A stretch of 63,128 bases of DNA, counting the filler, from Octopus bimaculoides (Eukaryota): assembly GCF_001194135.2 (NCBI RefSeq). It is 3 parts of 3 records of this genome, joined end to end, with 100 filler letters (N's around TTAATTAATTAA, not from the genome) between each part and the next. Parts side by side here need not be neighbours in the genome. Positions count along the whole stretch, not along the records: positions 15,798 to 35,355 come from NC_068982.1; positions 35,456 to 63,128 come from NC_068988.1; 1 more part is not named here. One strand, given 5' to 3'. Below the pieces are notes generated by a model, which made no database searches, had not been told where the DNA came from, and saw nothing but the letters and a program-made list of their open reading frames with translations. Shown one piece after another: positions 26,686-40,539 of the stretch (its first letter is position 1; each line of letters starts with the position of its first letter). The position numbers and the translations under genes are program-made.

Positions 26686-27168
26686 TGTGTTTATTGTATA
26701 ATGAAACAACATCGGCGTAGAGCTGAATCGATGGAAATAGTTCGACAAAATAAATAACTCACTGAAATAACCAAAATGATAGGACAAGCAAGGCAATGAA
26801 ATGGGGCATTTCTTTTTTTTTTTTAGTAGTGGTGAGGGATTATATATATATATATATNNNNNNNNNNNNNNNNNNNNNNNNNNNNNNNNNNNNNNNNNNN
26901 NNNNNNNNNNNNNNNNNNNNNNNNNNNNNNNNNNNNNNNNNNNNNNNNNNNNNNNNNNNNNNNNNNNNNNNNNNNNNNNNNNNNNNNNNNNNNNNNNNNN
27001 NNNNNNNNNNNNNNNNNNNNNNNNNNNNNNNNNNNNNNNNNNNNNNNNNNNNNNNNNNNNNNNNNNNNNNNNNNNNNNNNNNNNNNNNNNNNNNNNNNNN
27101 NNNNNNNNNNNNNNNNNNNNNNNNNNNNNNNNNNNNNNNNNNNNNNNNNNNNNNNNNNNNNNNNNNNN

Positions 27169-27234
<66 letters not shown>

Positions 27235-28001
27235 GTGGTGGTGGTGGTCGTCGTCGTCGTCGTCGTCGTAGCCGTCGTTGTGGTAGTGCTTGAGGCGTCG
27301 TTGTCGTTGTCGTTGTGGTAGAGCTTGTGGTGTCGTTGTCGCCGTAATAGTCTTTGTTGTTGATGTTGCGATGAGTGTTGGTGGTGATCGATGTCTCTAA
27401 TCGAAATGTATTTATCAACGGTTTTTCATTGCGCGCTCGGTCAGCCAAGGATGTGTTTCGACTTCTTGGTCGCTTCTGTACGTTGAGTCATTGCTGCAGA
27501 CGTTGCAGGTGTTGAGAGTTACGCTGTTCAGCTCGGACACAGTTGATCCGTGTCTGCATAGGCGGTTGCTATTACAATCATGGTATTGTGCGCATCAAAA
27601 GTCGAAATGGTCGACATCATAATGAAAGAACAACAGAATAATACGCAGAACCTAGTGAAAGTTCTGTGGGTATAGTTCAAACCAGATATCCACGTGTACA
27701 AAAGTTGGGAAGAACTCGTAAATAGACGGCTAGTTTTACTCAGAAGTTAGCTAAGATGAAAATTGTTCCTATGAGATCGGGCATAGTGGCTAGCGTCGTC
27801 ATCGCCTTGGTTGTATACAACCACTACATTATCCTACCTTGTTCCAGGAAATATGTGACCAGATTAGAGCCTATGTTATTTACATTGCTGCTGATCTCTA
27901 CCGCTTGTCTTGGTTAAAGGGATGCATGAATGAAAGTGTCTTAAGAACGGCTTTTGTTGCTAGTAAAAGAAATTGTGTATGTGTGTGTGTGTCTGTGTGT
28001 G

Positions 28002-28066
<65 letters not shown>

Positions 28067-28656
28067 TACCTCTGTGCGCACGCACAAGCTGAGCTGATAG
28101 TACGTATCAAATACGAACTNNNNNNNNNNNNNNNNNNNNNNNNNNNNNNNNNNNNNNNNNNNNNNNNNNNNNNNNNNNNNNNNNNNNNNNNNNNNNNNNN
28201 NNNNNNNNNNNNNNNNNNNNNNNNNNNNNNNNNNNNNNNNNNNNNNNNNNNNNNNNNNNNNNNNNNNNNNNNNNNNNNNNNNNNNNNNNNNNNNNNNNNN
28301 NNNNNNNNNNNNNNNNNNNNNNNNNNNNNNNNNNNNNNNNNNNNNNNNNNNNNNNNNNNNNNNNNNNNNNNNNNNNNNNNNNNNNNNNNNNNNNNNNNNN
28401 NNNNNNNNNNNNNNNNNNNNNNNNNNNNNNNNNNNNNNNNNNNNNNNNNNNNNNNNNNNNNNNNNNNNNNNNNNNNNNNNNNNNNNNNNNNNNNNNNNNN
28501 NNNNNNNNNNNNNNNNNNNNNNNNNNNNNNNNNNNNNNNNNNNNNNNNNNNNNNNNNNNNNNNNNNNNNNNNNNNNNNNNNNNNNNNNNNNNNNNNNNNN
28601 NNNNNNNNNNNNNNNNNNNNNNNNNNNNNNNNNNNNNNNNNNNNNNNNNNNNNNNN

Positions 28657-28726
<70 letters not shown>

Positions 28727-29259
28727 GAAATGAAGAATAACATGGGTGGGATATATTATAGTGTTTTCTTACCCAAGTAATAGATTCAGAAACAGAAAAG
28801 AGCATCCACTGTGCTTGAACTAGGTCGATAGACTGATTGAGTTAGTAAGTATATCTGGATTATATAAATCTCTGGCTTTCCCACGATAGAGCGAGCTTTC
28901 ATATACCCACAAAATACAGTTAGAAGACACTTGACGGATCTTTGGAATCACGTAGTTTTTATCGACCAAAAAGAGCATATGGAAGTGTGCACTGGTCTTT
29001 GGAACGGTGAATGAAAGGAATCAAGAAACGAGCTGGAACATCACACATCCTCTCACATAAGTGCCACAATATTGAGGCAATGCCATACGAGGGGTATAGC
29101 GAAGAATATTAGCTTGTCGTCTTCTTTACTACGCAGTATAGACAGATGGGGATTGTATGTGTAAGAAAATACATGTGATTGGATTGATTTCACTTATGCG
29201 TAGTTTTATTTATGTTTCATATACTTATATCGGATTTGAGATCATACTGATGATTAACA

Positions 29260-29560
29260 AAATGGGTAAGTGGAGAAACAACAGGATAATAGTGACAACA
29301 GGTTTAACGAATATTACCTGGAAAATAGAAACACTGAAATGGTCTTTCGTAGGGCATGTGTTTAGAATGAAGGGCAATAGGTGGAATACCTAATTGACAG
29401 AGTGGACACCACGTCCAGAAAAAAGAAAGAGAGGAAGCCCATGCAGAAGGTGGAATGAAGACTTAGTTAAATTCTTTGGCATTCAAACATGAATGAGGAA
29501 AACAGACCATGGCTGGTGGAGAGAATATACGGAGGCATTCGTTCAGCAGTGTACTGAACG
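29260..29560 (+). pseudogene. RTE-clade LINE 3' fragment
   Basis: LKWSFVGHVFRMKGNRWNT*LTEWTPRPEKRKRGSPCRRWNEDL..WREYTEAFVQQ. Confidence 0.8.
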
Positions 29561-29595
29561 AACATATGCAAGGGTGATGATGCTTGTATCGGAGT

Positions 29596-29649
<54 letters not shown>

Positions 29650-29774
29650 TGTATGTATGTATGTATGTATGTATGTATATATGTATGTAAACTTATAAGA
29701 ATTTAGAAACTTTTAGAGGACATGAAATAATTCGCTTTTGACTGCAGAAACCTAAGTAGATATAATTAGAAACA

Positions 29775-29960
29775 ACAATTTTTTTCTATAGGCAAACGGC
29801 CTAACATTCTAACGGTGCTTGATAGTCAATTACATCGAACTCACTGCCCAACTAGTACTTATTTCAACGACCCCCAAGTCAACCACGGCGGCATTTGAAC
29901 TCAGAACATAAAACCAAACGTAATACTGCTTGGCATTTTGTCCAGTACGGTAACGATAAC
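29775..29960 (-). mobile_element. SINE family B copy
   Basis: CATTTGAACTCAGAAC and CTATAGGCA tail as in other B copies. Confidence 0.75.
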
Positions 29961-30057
29961 TACTTCGAGTACCACAGTTAAAAATGAATTATTTTATACG
30001 TATACATACATACATACATACATACATACATACATACATACATACATACATACATAC

Positions 30058-30104
<47 letters not shown>

Positions 30105-31439
30105 TTAGTTGAGTACTTTTTAAACTTTTAATAATTCTTAATATTTATAAGTTATTAGGACAGAAGTAGTATTATTTCCGAATAGCAATCTGTATGTCTT
30201 ACTTAACATGGATGTATTCTAAGAACGCCATAATACTGCGGTATTCGTCTTGAGAAAGCATCTCGTGTAGGCATATAGTGCTAAAAGCACAGTAATATCA
30301 GTAGCAGACGAAAACTATTGAATTGTGTAGTTTTTGCCCTACCCCAGATTTTATATGCATGTAGCAGTGTGTGTATGCGTGTATGCGTGTACGCATATCT
30401 TTGCATACCAATCTACATTGACGCAGTTTCTTTATTTATTTCTTTCATTTTTGTTCTTTTAAATTGTCGCCATTCATTAAACTGCCACCCTGCAGGGGCA
30501 TCCTCTTTTTGAATAATTTAGTTGATCACATCAATTCTGGTATTTATTTCAACCTTGGATTTACTTTATCGAATCCGTTAAATGAATGATTACATATTTC
30601 ATTTTAGATAATTGCATACAACCATTTACACCGTGCTGTGTTATGACCCTGTAACTCAAAGCATCAATATAGACCGGTGTACAAACATATACATTCATAT
30701 GTGTGTATTAGTATACGCGTGTGAGTGTACATATTATATATCCGTGTGCGTGCATGCGTGTTTGTAATTAAAAATATTTCTCATTTGACGAAGGTTTTCT
30801 GTAAATTGAAACCGCGATACAGATTTCCTTATTTTTAGGAAAATATATGAAGGCTACGCCTTCTATAAATGTGCTATTTCGTATCTAAGTATCTAAGAAT
30901 GAAATATATGCGAGATTCTTTGCCATCGATGTCGTATATGTCTCAAAGTCAAAAATCAAAAAGAAAAAGAAAGACACTTGTTTGTGCACTACTTATCCTT
31001 AGGGAATTAATCAGGAGATTTTATGCTTCGTTAGAAGGAAACAATGCTTCTAAATTGTGTGTAATTCATGTCAATGCTTATGGTTATTATATTACGTATT
31101 AGATCGGTATTTCCCAACAAAGGTTTCGCAAAATGTCGCTAAAGGTTGCAAGAAAAATAGTGGTATATACAGTAATTATATGTAAATGCATTTTGTAGTC
31201 ATTTTTTCAAAATATAATATTACATTTGTGATTTTATTATATATGCATAACATATGCGTCACATGTAGGTAGGTAGGAAGGAAACCCTGCGGAGGAACGG
31301 CTTTTTATTATAGAACTGTAACAGAAAATTTGGTCTTAACAAGACCTTGGTTAAGATGTTATTTAATCAACCCTCTTGACACGGTGAAAGTCTCTTCATC
31401 TCTTATACTTCAAACTGGGGATTATAATGGTCTAAGATA

Positions 31440-33054
31440 GCTTTCAAATTTTAGCACAATGCCAGCAATTTTAAGGAAAGTGACTAGTCGATTACATCGA
31501 CCCCTCTACTCAATTTATACGTATTCTATCGACTCCGAAAGGAAGATAAACTTGATCTCGACGGAATTTGAACACAGAACCCAAACTGGGAGAAATGCTG
31601 CCAAGCATTTTGTCCGATGTGCTAACAAACTCTGCCAGCTCGCCGCCTTAATAATAATAATAATAATAATAATCCTTTCTATTATAGGCAGAAGGCCTTG
31701 ATTTTGTGGGGAAGGGACAGTTGATCACATCGATCCCAGTACTCAACAGGTACTTAATCTATCGACCCCGAAAAGATGAAAGGCAAGGTCGACCACAGCG
31801 GAATTTGAACTCAGAGCGTAGCGACAGACGAAATACTGTTAAGCATTTCGCCCGGCGTGCTAACGATTCCGCCACCTCGCCGCCTTGTATAATAATGATA
31901 ATAATCCTTTCTACTAAAGGTACAGGGCCTGGGTTTTGTAGAGAAGGGGACAGTGGATCACATCAACCCCAATACTCAACGGACACTGATTTATCAACCC
32001 TGAAAGGATGAAAGGCAAAGTTGACCACAGCGGAATCTGAACTCAGAAAGTACTGACAAACGAAATACCGCTAAGCATTTCGCCCGGCATGCTAACGATT
32101 CTGCCAGATAGCCACCTTAAACTTGAAATAATAATAATGGTCTTAAATTTTACTACAAGCGTAGCAATTTTGGGGGAGGGGACTAGTCGATGACATCAAC
32201 CCCAGTGTTCAGCTGGTACTTATTTTATAGAAAAGATGATGGGCAAAGTCGACCTCGGTGGAATTTGAACTCAGAACGTAGCGACGGGCGAAATATCACT
32301 AAACATTTCGTCCAGCGTGCCAGCGATTCTGCCAGCCCCCCACCTTAATAATAATAATAATAATTTCAAATTTTGGCACAAGGTCAGCAATTTCGGGGCG
32401 GTGAGTAAATCGGTTGCATCTACCCTAGTACTCAACTTTATCGACCCCGAAAGGATGAAAGGCAAAGTCAATCTCGGTGAAATTTGAACTCAGAATGTGA
32501 AGACGGACGAAATACCGCTAAGCATTTCGCCCGGCTTGCTGACGATTCTGCCAGATAGCCACCTTTACAAGACTACTAATATTGGTTTCAAATCTTGTCA
32601 TAAGTAGTTAGTGTGGAGGGGGTAAGTCAATTACATTGACTCCAGTGCTCAACTGGTACTATATTTATTGTCTTCCCCAAAAAATAAAAGTTGACTTCGA
32701 TGGAATTTGAACTCAGAACCTAAAGAAATGTCATTAAGTATTTTTCCCGAAGTACTAATGTATCTGCTAGCTTGCTGCCTTGTAACGGTCTGCTAATAAG
32801 CGTGCTACAAGCTTCCGAATCGAACCAGATGATGACGAGGTATTGTTCTACGTTAGGCACAAGACTCGAAATTTTTAGGAAGGGGACCAATCGATTAGAT
32901 CGACCCCATTACGCAAGTGGTAATTAATTTATCGACCCCGAAAGGATGAAAGGCAAAGTCGACCTCGGCGGAATTTGAACTCAGAACATAGACAGACGAA
33001 AAACCGCTAAGCATTTCACCCGGCGTGCTAACTTTTCTGCCAGCTCGCCGCCTT
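31440..33054 (-). mobile_element. Head-to-tail array of seven SINE family B copies
   Basis: Units at ~31440-31650, 31672-31886, 31903-32118, 32140-32346, 32364-32565, 32583-32781 and 32845-33054; each head begins AAGGYRGC-like; (AAT)n or AT-rich spacers. Confidence 0.92.
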
Positions 33055-34472
33055 TCTAAATCGTTTTTAATGCTCCACACTGGTACATGTGCATTGCTTT
33101 GAAGTTTGCTTTAATAGTCGATCTCCTTTCTATACAACATAACTCTTTTAACAAATGCCATAACACGTTTAGTACATAATTTAATGTGCCAAAGATCGGA
33201 AACAGTTTCAAATCACTGGTGTAGTATCATTTATATGCGAATGCTAACACTTATGATTCATGTGTAGTTATTTCTTTCAGAAACATCGACTCGAAGTAGA
33301 TTAGACCTCTCCATGTGCATTTAAATAATAACCTAACCTGCTAGCAATAAATCACACAGCAATTATTTTTTTCTGTAGATCAAATGATAAAGTTAAAATA
33401 GNNNNNNNNNNNNNNNNNNNNNNNNNNNNNNNNNNNNNNNNNNNNNNNNNNNNNNNNNNNNNNNNNNNNNNNNNNNNNNNNNNNNNNNNNNNNNNNNNNN
33501 NNNNNNNNNNNNNNNNNNNNNNNNNNNNNNNNNNNNNNNNNNNNNNNNNNNNNNNNNNNNNNNNNNNNNNNNNNNNNNNNNNNNNNNNNNNNNNNNNNNN
33601 NNNNNNNNNNNNNNNNNNNNNNNNNNNNNNNNNNNNNNNNNNNNNNNNNNNNNNNNNNNNNNNNNNNNNNNNNNNNNNNNNNNNNNNNNNNNNNNNNNNN
33701 NNNNNNNNNNNNNNNNNNNNNNNNNNNNNNNNNNNNNNNNNNNNNNNNNNNNNNNNNNNNNNNNNNNNNNNNNNNNNNNNNNNNNNNNNNNNNNNNNNNN
33801 NNNNNNNNNNNNNNNNNNNNNNNNNNNNNNNNNNNNNNNNNNNNNNNNNNNNNNNNNNNNNNNNNNNNNNNNNNNNNNNNNNNNNNNNNNNNNNNNNNNN
33901 NNNNNNNNNNNNNNNNNNNNNNNNNNNNNNNNNNNNNNNNNNNNNNNNNNNNNNNNNNNNNNNNNNNNNNNNNNNNNNNNNNNNNNNNNNNNNNNNNNNN
34001 NNNNNNNNNNNNNNNNNNNNNNNNNNNNNNNNNNNNNNNNNNNNNNNNNNNNNNNNNNNNNNNNNNNNNNNNNNNNNNNNNNNNNNNNNNNNNNNNNNNN
34101 NNNNNNNNNNNNNNNNNNNNNNNNNNNNNNNNNNNNNNNNNNNNNNNNNNNNNNNNNNNNNNNNNNNNNNNNNNNNNNNNNNNNNNNNNNNNNNNNNNNN
34201 NNNNNNNNNNNNNNNNNNNNNNNNNNNNNNNNNNNNNNNNNNNNNNNNNNNNNNNNNNNNNNNNNNNNNNNNNNNNNNNNNNNNNNNNNNNNNNNNNNNN
34301 NNNNNNNNNNNNNNNNNNNNNNNNNNNNNNNNNNNNNNNNNNNNNNNNNNNNNNNNNNNNNNNNNNNNNNNNNNNNNCCACACAGCCACTCCTGCGCCTA
34401 TATGAATATAATATAATATTATGTTAATAAATTTTAATTTTTGAATTGATAATTGTATATCTTCATTTTCTT

Positions 34473-34503
<31 letters not shown>

Positions 34504-35473
34504 TTATATATATAGAAATATTAATATTTCTAAATCTCTCTAAAGGAGACCACGGCAGTGGTACTTGATATTAATAGTTATTGCCAAGCTAACATGACAG
34601 TCCAGGAAAAGAGGACGAACGCTGTTAATTTTCGAATATGACGTTTTGTGGAACGCATTCGCACTGGACTAGGTAAAGAGCTACGTGGTTCGTGACCAGC
34701 TTGTTAATTTTAATTTTTTTTTTCTTGTCTCATTGTATTAACGTTATTTTCTTTGATACCATTAGTTTTACTTCTTTGTGGTTCAAAATGGACACCACAA
34801 ATTATTCATGTCAGATGTATACCTTTTCCATGAAATCTAACTATAACAGATATGTAAAGGAGAGCATAATACGAAAAATGACAACAGGAAATGATTTCTG
34901 GGAATATAAGTAAATGTGATGTGGTTGTTTTGTTATTAGTAGACGATATTATTTTAATGCAATGTTTACAATAAAATTAATTCTAAATTCGATTTTATAT
35001 AATAAAACATTTCTGTACGTACGTAGAGTGGTGGAGTGTATGTGTGTGTGCGTCTGTGTGTGTGTGTGTGTGTGTATATACATATGTATATACGTATGTC
35101 TATAAACATACATCCGAATGAATATGTATGTATGTATGTATGTATAAACGCGCACATGTGTGTAGGTGCGTGTGGATACAGCGAATATATGTGTGTATGT
35201 ATTGATAGAATCGACAATTTTCTGAGACTAATTGCCTTTCAAATTTATTAAAGGATAATATTTTTGTTGTTGCTGTTGTTGTTTTTGTTGTTGTTGTCGT
35301 TCGTGTTCTCCTTTTTCTTCTTCTTCTTCTTCTTCTTCTTCTTCTTCTTCTTCTTNNNNNNNNNNNNNNNNNNNNNNNNNNNNNNNNNNNNNNNNNNNNT
35401 TAATTAATTAANNNNNNNNNNNNNNNNNNNNNNNNNNNNNNNNNNNNNNNNNNNNTATATATATATATATTTA

Positions 35474-36552
35474 CTAGCTGTTGGACCCAGTGTTGCTCGT
35501 GTTTTCCGTGTTGAAGTTAAGCCCACCTCTGACCTTGCATTGAAATCTTCTATATTTCCCCTGCCAACTTTTACCCATTATAACAATATACATACATGTA
35601 TTACATATATCTGGTTCAGCAGGGATTTTACCCGCTTACCTCTTTTGACATACTCCTACATACTGGACCATCTGAAATCGCAGTCAAACTTTTGGATGTA
35701 CCTCGACCTGTTGAGAATGATGTTTGTTTATTTCTTTCCCCTTAATGCCACCCTCTGTACAAAATTGATCAGTGTGTCCAATCTCAGCCAAATCCAAAGA
35801 AAAGTGTTAAGGTTATGTCATAAAATAGAATCCCTATGACCATTTCCATGAAAATATCCCATTGACTTTTAAATCCCAATACATTATATGAATAATCGAT
35901 GTTTTATATGTTGAAGTGCTTCATTTTACTCGGATCAATTTTCTTCAAAATCAGTTCATTATTTTATTGTGAGTAAATTTTGACGATTTCTGCCTTTCAC
36001 CAGTTTAATTTTAATTCTACTACATGACTCTGCCTATGAACTTTACCTAAATGTCAAATTTCATCAAAATCGGATGAATTCTGTGAAAGTTACGGCATAA
36101 AATATTAATCCTATGGGTAATTGCATATAAAAAGCCTATTGATTTCTTAAAATACCCCACTCACATGCAGTTATCGATTTTTTGTCAACTCTTCATGCTG
36201 GCATCAACTAATGGACATGAACTGTAATCATGTGTAAAATTTCTACAAAATTGCTAAGAATGTCTCTAAGGAAATGCTTATTCGCATTTGTACCCTTTTC
36301 AAGCCCCTTCAAGCTGCAGGAAAAATAACATCATTTTGGGAATTTCCATTGAAACACCCCAATTGAGCTCACAAAAATCGATGCCAGCTGAGAATTATTG
36401 AGTTTTCGAAAAATTCTGACCTTATTTGAACTTCAGGGCATGTGATCTACCTATGTGTCAAAAATCATTAAAATCGGTTGGACGGTGTGGGAGGAGTTAG
36501 AGTAACCCCAAACAAGCATACAGACAGACACCATTGCACATTTATGTATATA
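35474..36552 (-). mobile_element. Non-autonomous Helitron (second subfamily)
   Basis: Minus-strand 3' end ACGAGCAACACTGGGTCCAACAG-CTAG|T at 35474-35477; 5' region TATATACATAAATGTGCAATGGTGTCTGTCTG has the same layout as the 11542 element. Confidence 0.6.
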
Positions 36553-36587
36553 TATATGTGTGTGTGTGTGTCGTATATATGTATGTG

Positions 36588-36630
<43 letters not shown>

Positions 36631-36808
36631 CATCATCATCATCATCATCATCATCATCGTTTAACGTCCGCTTTCCATGCTAGCATGGTTTGGACGATTT
36701 GACTGAGGACTGGTGAAACCGGATGGCAACACCAGGCTCCAATCTAAATTTGGCAGAGTTTCTACAGCTGGATGCCCTTCCTAACGCCAACCACTCAGAG
36801 AGTGTAGT
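36631..36808 (-). mobile_element. Family D repeat (RTE-type 3' tail)
   Basis: GGAAGGGCATCCAGCTGTAGAAAC..CATGGAAAGCGGACGTTAAAC(GAT)n. Confidence 0.85.
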
Positions 36809-36916
36809 ATATATANNNNNNNNNNNNNNNNNNNNNNNNNNNNNNNNNNNNNNNNNNNNNNNNNNNNNNNNNNNNNNNNNNNNNNNNNNNNNNNNNNNNN
36901 NNNNNNNNNNNNNNNA

Positions 36917-37140
36917 TAGGTGGTATTCAACTTTTAGCCATTATATTATGTCAATTTATTTATTTACTAAAAGGACAATTATAACAATATACATACATGT
37001 ATAACATATGCTTTACATATATAATATATAAAATATAAAAATATCAGTAATTGTTAAAATATATAACATATAGCAATAGAAATTGGGATAATATCTTACA
37101 GCTGTTTCAGCCAAGAGGCAATAATACCTCATTCTACTTT
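36917..37140 (-). mobile_element. Partial copy of the long-stem-II HHR repeat (3' half of ribozyme only)
   Basis: Similar to 51710-51910; retains CUCUUGGCU-GAAA-CAGCUGUA-AGAUAUUAU, then diverges before CUGAAGA. Confidence 0.7.
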
Positions 37141-38094
37141 TATCTCTACATTTATCTAAGATGCCAAAACCTAGAACTAAGCACACAGATCAAAATATGT
37201 CTTCCTTTTCTCTAACACCAGTGGACTCTAATCCAAACTAAGCCCAATACATCACCTCTTACTAACCACACAACATACACCTCTTGAAGACCCAAATTTC
37301 TTAACCCTGTCTATAGTCCATATCTGCTGCCCAAACTATGTTTTTCTGTCAGCCTTCACTCTGAAAGGTGATGTCTGTACATATGGAGATTCAAATCTCC
37401 CTGCCACTCATCTGGATATCAGCAGCAAATCTTCTAGTTACTCTGACTCAAAATACAACCCTCCCACTTCAGTCTTTAAAATACATTTGCTTTTTCTAAC
37501 ACTCTTAAAATTTCTTGAACCATTAACAACTCTTCAACTATGTCTCTTCTTGTATTGAGGACATCTCACTTCACTCCTTTACCAAGTCATTGACCTCTTG
37601 GTTCTTACACTCTGTCACCAGTGCAGAAAAACTGAATCATTTGCAGTCCTCAAATTTCTACTTGTTTCATTTTCTACACATATTCTTGACCTATTCAGCC
37701 ACTCCAAATACCCTTCTCACTTTCTCACTTCCAAACCCAATTTCCAGAGCATAACTATCTCTGCACCTATGGGATTTTGTTTTATGTCTCTTTTCAAGAA
37801 CCAAAACAAGAGAAGTCATTGTGTGTCGTAGACATTACTGGATCTGGAAAGAGACAAAAAACAAAATTAAATCAAATTTAATTAAATTAAAATCAAATTA
37901 ACAGAAGAAAACTTGACACTTTTAGCTTTTATATGGTACCAGTTCAGTCATGCTACCATAGACTTTTGAAACACTTTGTATTGTTGCATATCCCATGTAC
38001 AACAAGTGCTTTCTGTTCTGTGTCCTCTAGCTGGTTCACTCACAATAGCTGTATTGCAAGTCAAGTGAGACCAAAATTCAAGGCCTCTGCCAGG

Positions 38095-38792
38095 GATGTA
38101 GCCAGCCCACTTATGCATACCTTTACTCCATTGGACACTAAACTCCGCTTGCGAAGACCTGTTGAGGCAAGTGAAATCGAAATTGAACTAAATTTGGCAA
38201 CTGGTCCCCATGCCAACGTCTCCTCCATTGGACACTAAACTCTGCTTGCGAAGACCTGTTGGGGCAAGCGAAAGCGAAATCCTGATGGCACCACCGTTCG
38301 AGAGTGATTGTTACCAGCGTCGCCTTCCTAGCACTTGTGCCGCAGCTTCGCGTTCCTGGTACTGTGCCGGTGGCATGTGAAAAGTCATTTGAGCGAGATC
38401 GTTGCCAGTGCCGCTGGACTGGCTCCTGTGCAGGTGGCACATAAAATACACCATTTTGAGCATGGCTGTTGCCAGTACCGCCTGACTGGCCTTCGTGCCG
38501 GTGGCACGTAAAAGCACCCACTACACTCTCGTAGTGGTTAGCGTTAGGAAGGGCATCCAGNNNNNNNNNNGGCTGTTGCCAGTACCGCCTGACTGGCCTT
38601 CGTGCCGGTGGCACGTAAAAGCACCCACTACACTCTCGTAGTGGTTAGCGTTAGGAAGGGCATCCAGCTGTAGAAACTCTACCAAATCAGATTGGAGCCT
38701 GGTGTAGCCATCTGGTTTCACCAGTCCTCAGTCAAATCGTCCAACCCATGCTAACATTGAAAGCGGATGTTAAACGACGATGATGATGATGA
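38095..38792 (+). mobile_element. Family D repeat, long copy
   Basis: Internal ~50-bp repeats, tail GTTAAACGAC(GAT)n; ~95 bp duplicated across the 10-N gap. Confidence 0.85.
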
Positions 38793-39779
38793 TATATATT
38801 TATATATATAGCCATTGAACTTTTACTGATGCTCATTATCATCATTTTAATATTCACTTTAGCATGCTCACATAGGTCAGAATTTTTGTGATAGATTTTC
38901 TACAGCCAGAAGCCTTTCCTATCACAAACCTTCACTTGCTCCCATTTTTCTGACATAATTTAAATATACTTTAACCAAGTAACACAAGCCTTCTGTAGTT
39001 TTTTCACTCTTATTATCTTTTATACATCCAACCACGTGCTTTCACATACCAACTTTCTCACACATATATATATACATATACACATAGATGTATATATCAC
39101 AAAGCCACACCTACACCTAGCCATTCTTAGCGCATTAAATGTATAAACACTAAATTAAGTAATATCTATTCATGCACAACCAAGTGTTAATCAGAAATGT
39201 AATATATTTAAATATTACAAAACCTTGTTGTGAGTGGAAACCTCTCCTTCTTTTAACCACATTTCAACAACATAAAAAGAATGTTTTACATTCTTATTAT
39301 GCCAACAGTGGGTCTTTATAATATTAAACTTATTTCAGTTCTGTTATTTTAATTATTAATATTGTTTGACATAATTAGGTAGTTAAGTAGAAAATATGGA
39401 AGAGGTAATTGGCTGGAAGATATAAAATGCAGTAATTACACAAAACAAAACAAAAAAAAATCCAATGAAAATTGAACTTCTATTGTATATTTCAAATCAC
39501 CTGACAAATTGCATAACAGTTTCATTTTTTCAGAATCTGATACAATGGTAAATGCTGTTGAAACTAAGCTATAGCCATTTTTTCTAAATATATTATGATA
39601 GCATAAAAGGAAAATAATAAACAGAGAAAATAATGAAGTATTTCAAGAATGGGGAAAACAAAACAGACACATCGTTATTCATAGAAAGAGTGAGAATGGA
39701 AGGGAGAATTGTAAAATAAATCATAACATACTGGAATATCATTAGAGCAACAGTAATGCTCATGTTGCTACTCTTTTAT

Positions 39780-40005
39780 CTTTTAATTGTTTCAGTCATT
39801 GGACTGTAGCCAAGCTAGGGTACCACCTTGAAGGGTTTTAGTTAAATGTATCAACCCCTAGTACTTGTTTTCTTTTGTTTTATTTTGTTTTGTTTTTAGC
39901 CTGATACTTATTCTATTTGTCGCTCATACTGAACCACTAAGTGACAGAGATGTGAACAAACCAACACTGGTTGTCAAGTGGTGGTAGGGGACAAACACAA
40001 ACACA
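39780..40005 (-). mobile_element. SINE family A 3' half, diverged
   Basis: TTGTTTCAGTCATTGGACTGTAGCC..CCAACACTGGTTGTCAAG. Confidence 0.75.
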
Positions 40006-40229
40006 TAGAAATATATGTATGTATGTTCATTCTCTCCTGTTTTTAATAATTTAAATTCTTTCTCTGAGGAAGGAGCCGGTTTTTGACCAAAATACAAAGC
40101 GCCATCATTGGAAGGTTGATAACAAAAGAGTGTCATATTTCAAGCTTGAAAAATGTCTTGCATATTTTTACTGATTATATTTGTAATGTGTGAATTAGTT
40201 GGTTGATTTCTTTTCCTGAAAACACTGCT

Positions 40230-40460
40230 AATCCAGAAGCTGGTGGTTTCGAAGCAGTTATCCACAGTTATCTTCTTTCTCTTTGATTTTGGAAGAGATA
40301 TTCACTTCAACAGGACAGCTGACCTCTATGAAGGTACATACTTTTTATTGTCTGTCCTAAACAACAGTTTCTGGCCTGTTATGTTTTTACTTAGATATTT
40401 TGATGGGAATGTCCCACCAGTATTCCTTATGTCAGTGGGGCACCAGCATTGGTGTGATCA
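40230..40460 (-). pseudogene. R4/Dong-clade restriction-like endonuclease fragment
   Basis: WWDIPIKISK*KHNRPETVV*DRQ*KVCTFIEVSCPVEVNISSKIKEKED (cf. HNRPD..IEVSCP, PD-(D/E)xK). Confidence 0.75.
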
Positions 40461-40539
40461 TTTCATGTCATTTTTACAAACCTCTCTTCATATTTGGCTT
40501 TCTGAATGAGGAAGTGGGACAATGTCACCCTCATTTACA

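Noticed and set aside
31440-33054. Regularly spaced repeats superficially like a CRISPR array
   Set aside because: Units are whole ~210-bp SINEs with Pol III boxes; no unique spacers, no cas genes, eukaryotic context
34540-34680. Possible plus-strand exon ending AG|GTAAAG
   Set aside because: Stops in all frames
36700-36730. CTGAGGA-CTGGT-GAAA-CCGG in family D
   Set aside because: No stem I or stem II pairing and no NUH after stem III; a chance match
38465-38666. ~95-bp direct repeat across a 10-N gap
   Set aside because: Typical unmerged contig overlap; probably an artefact
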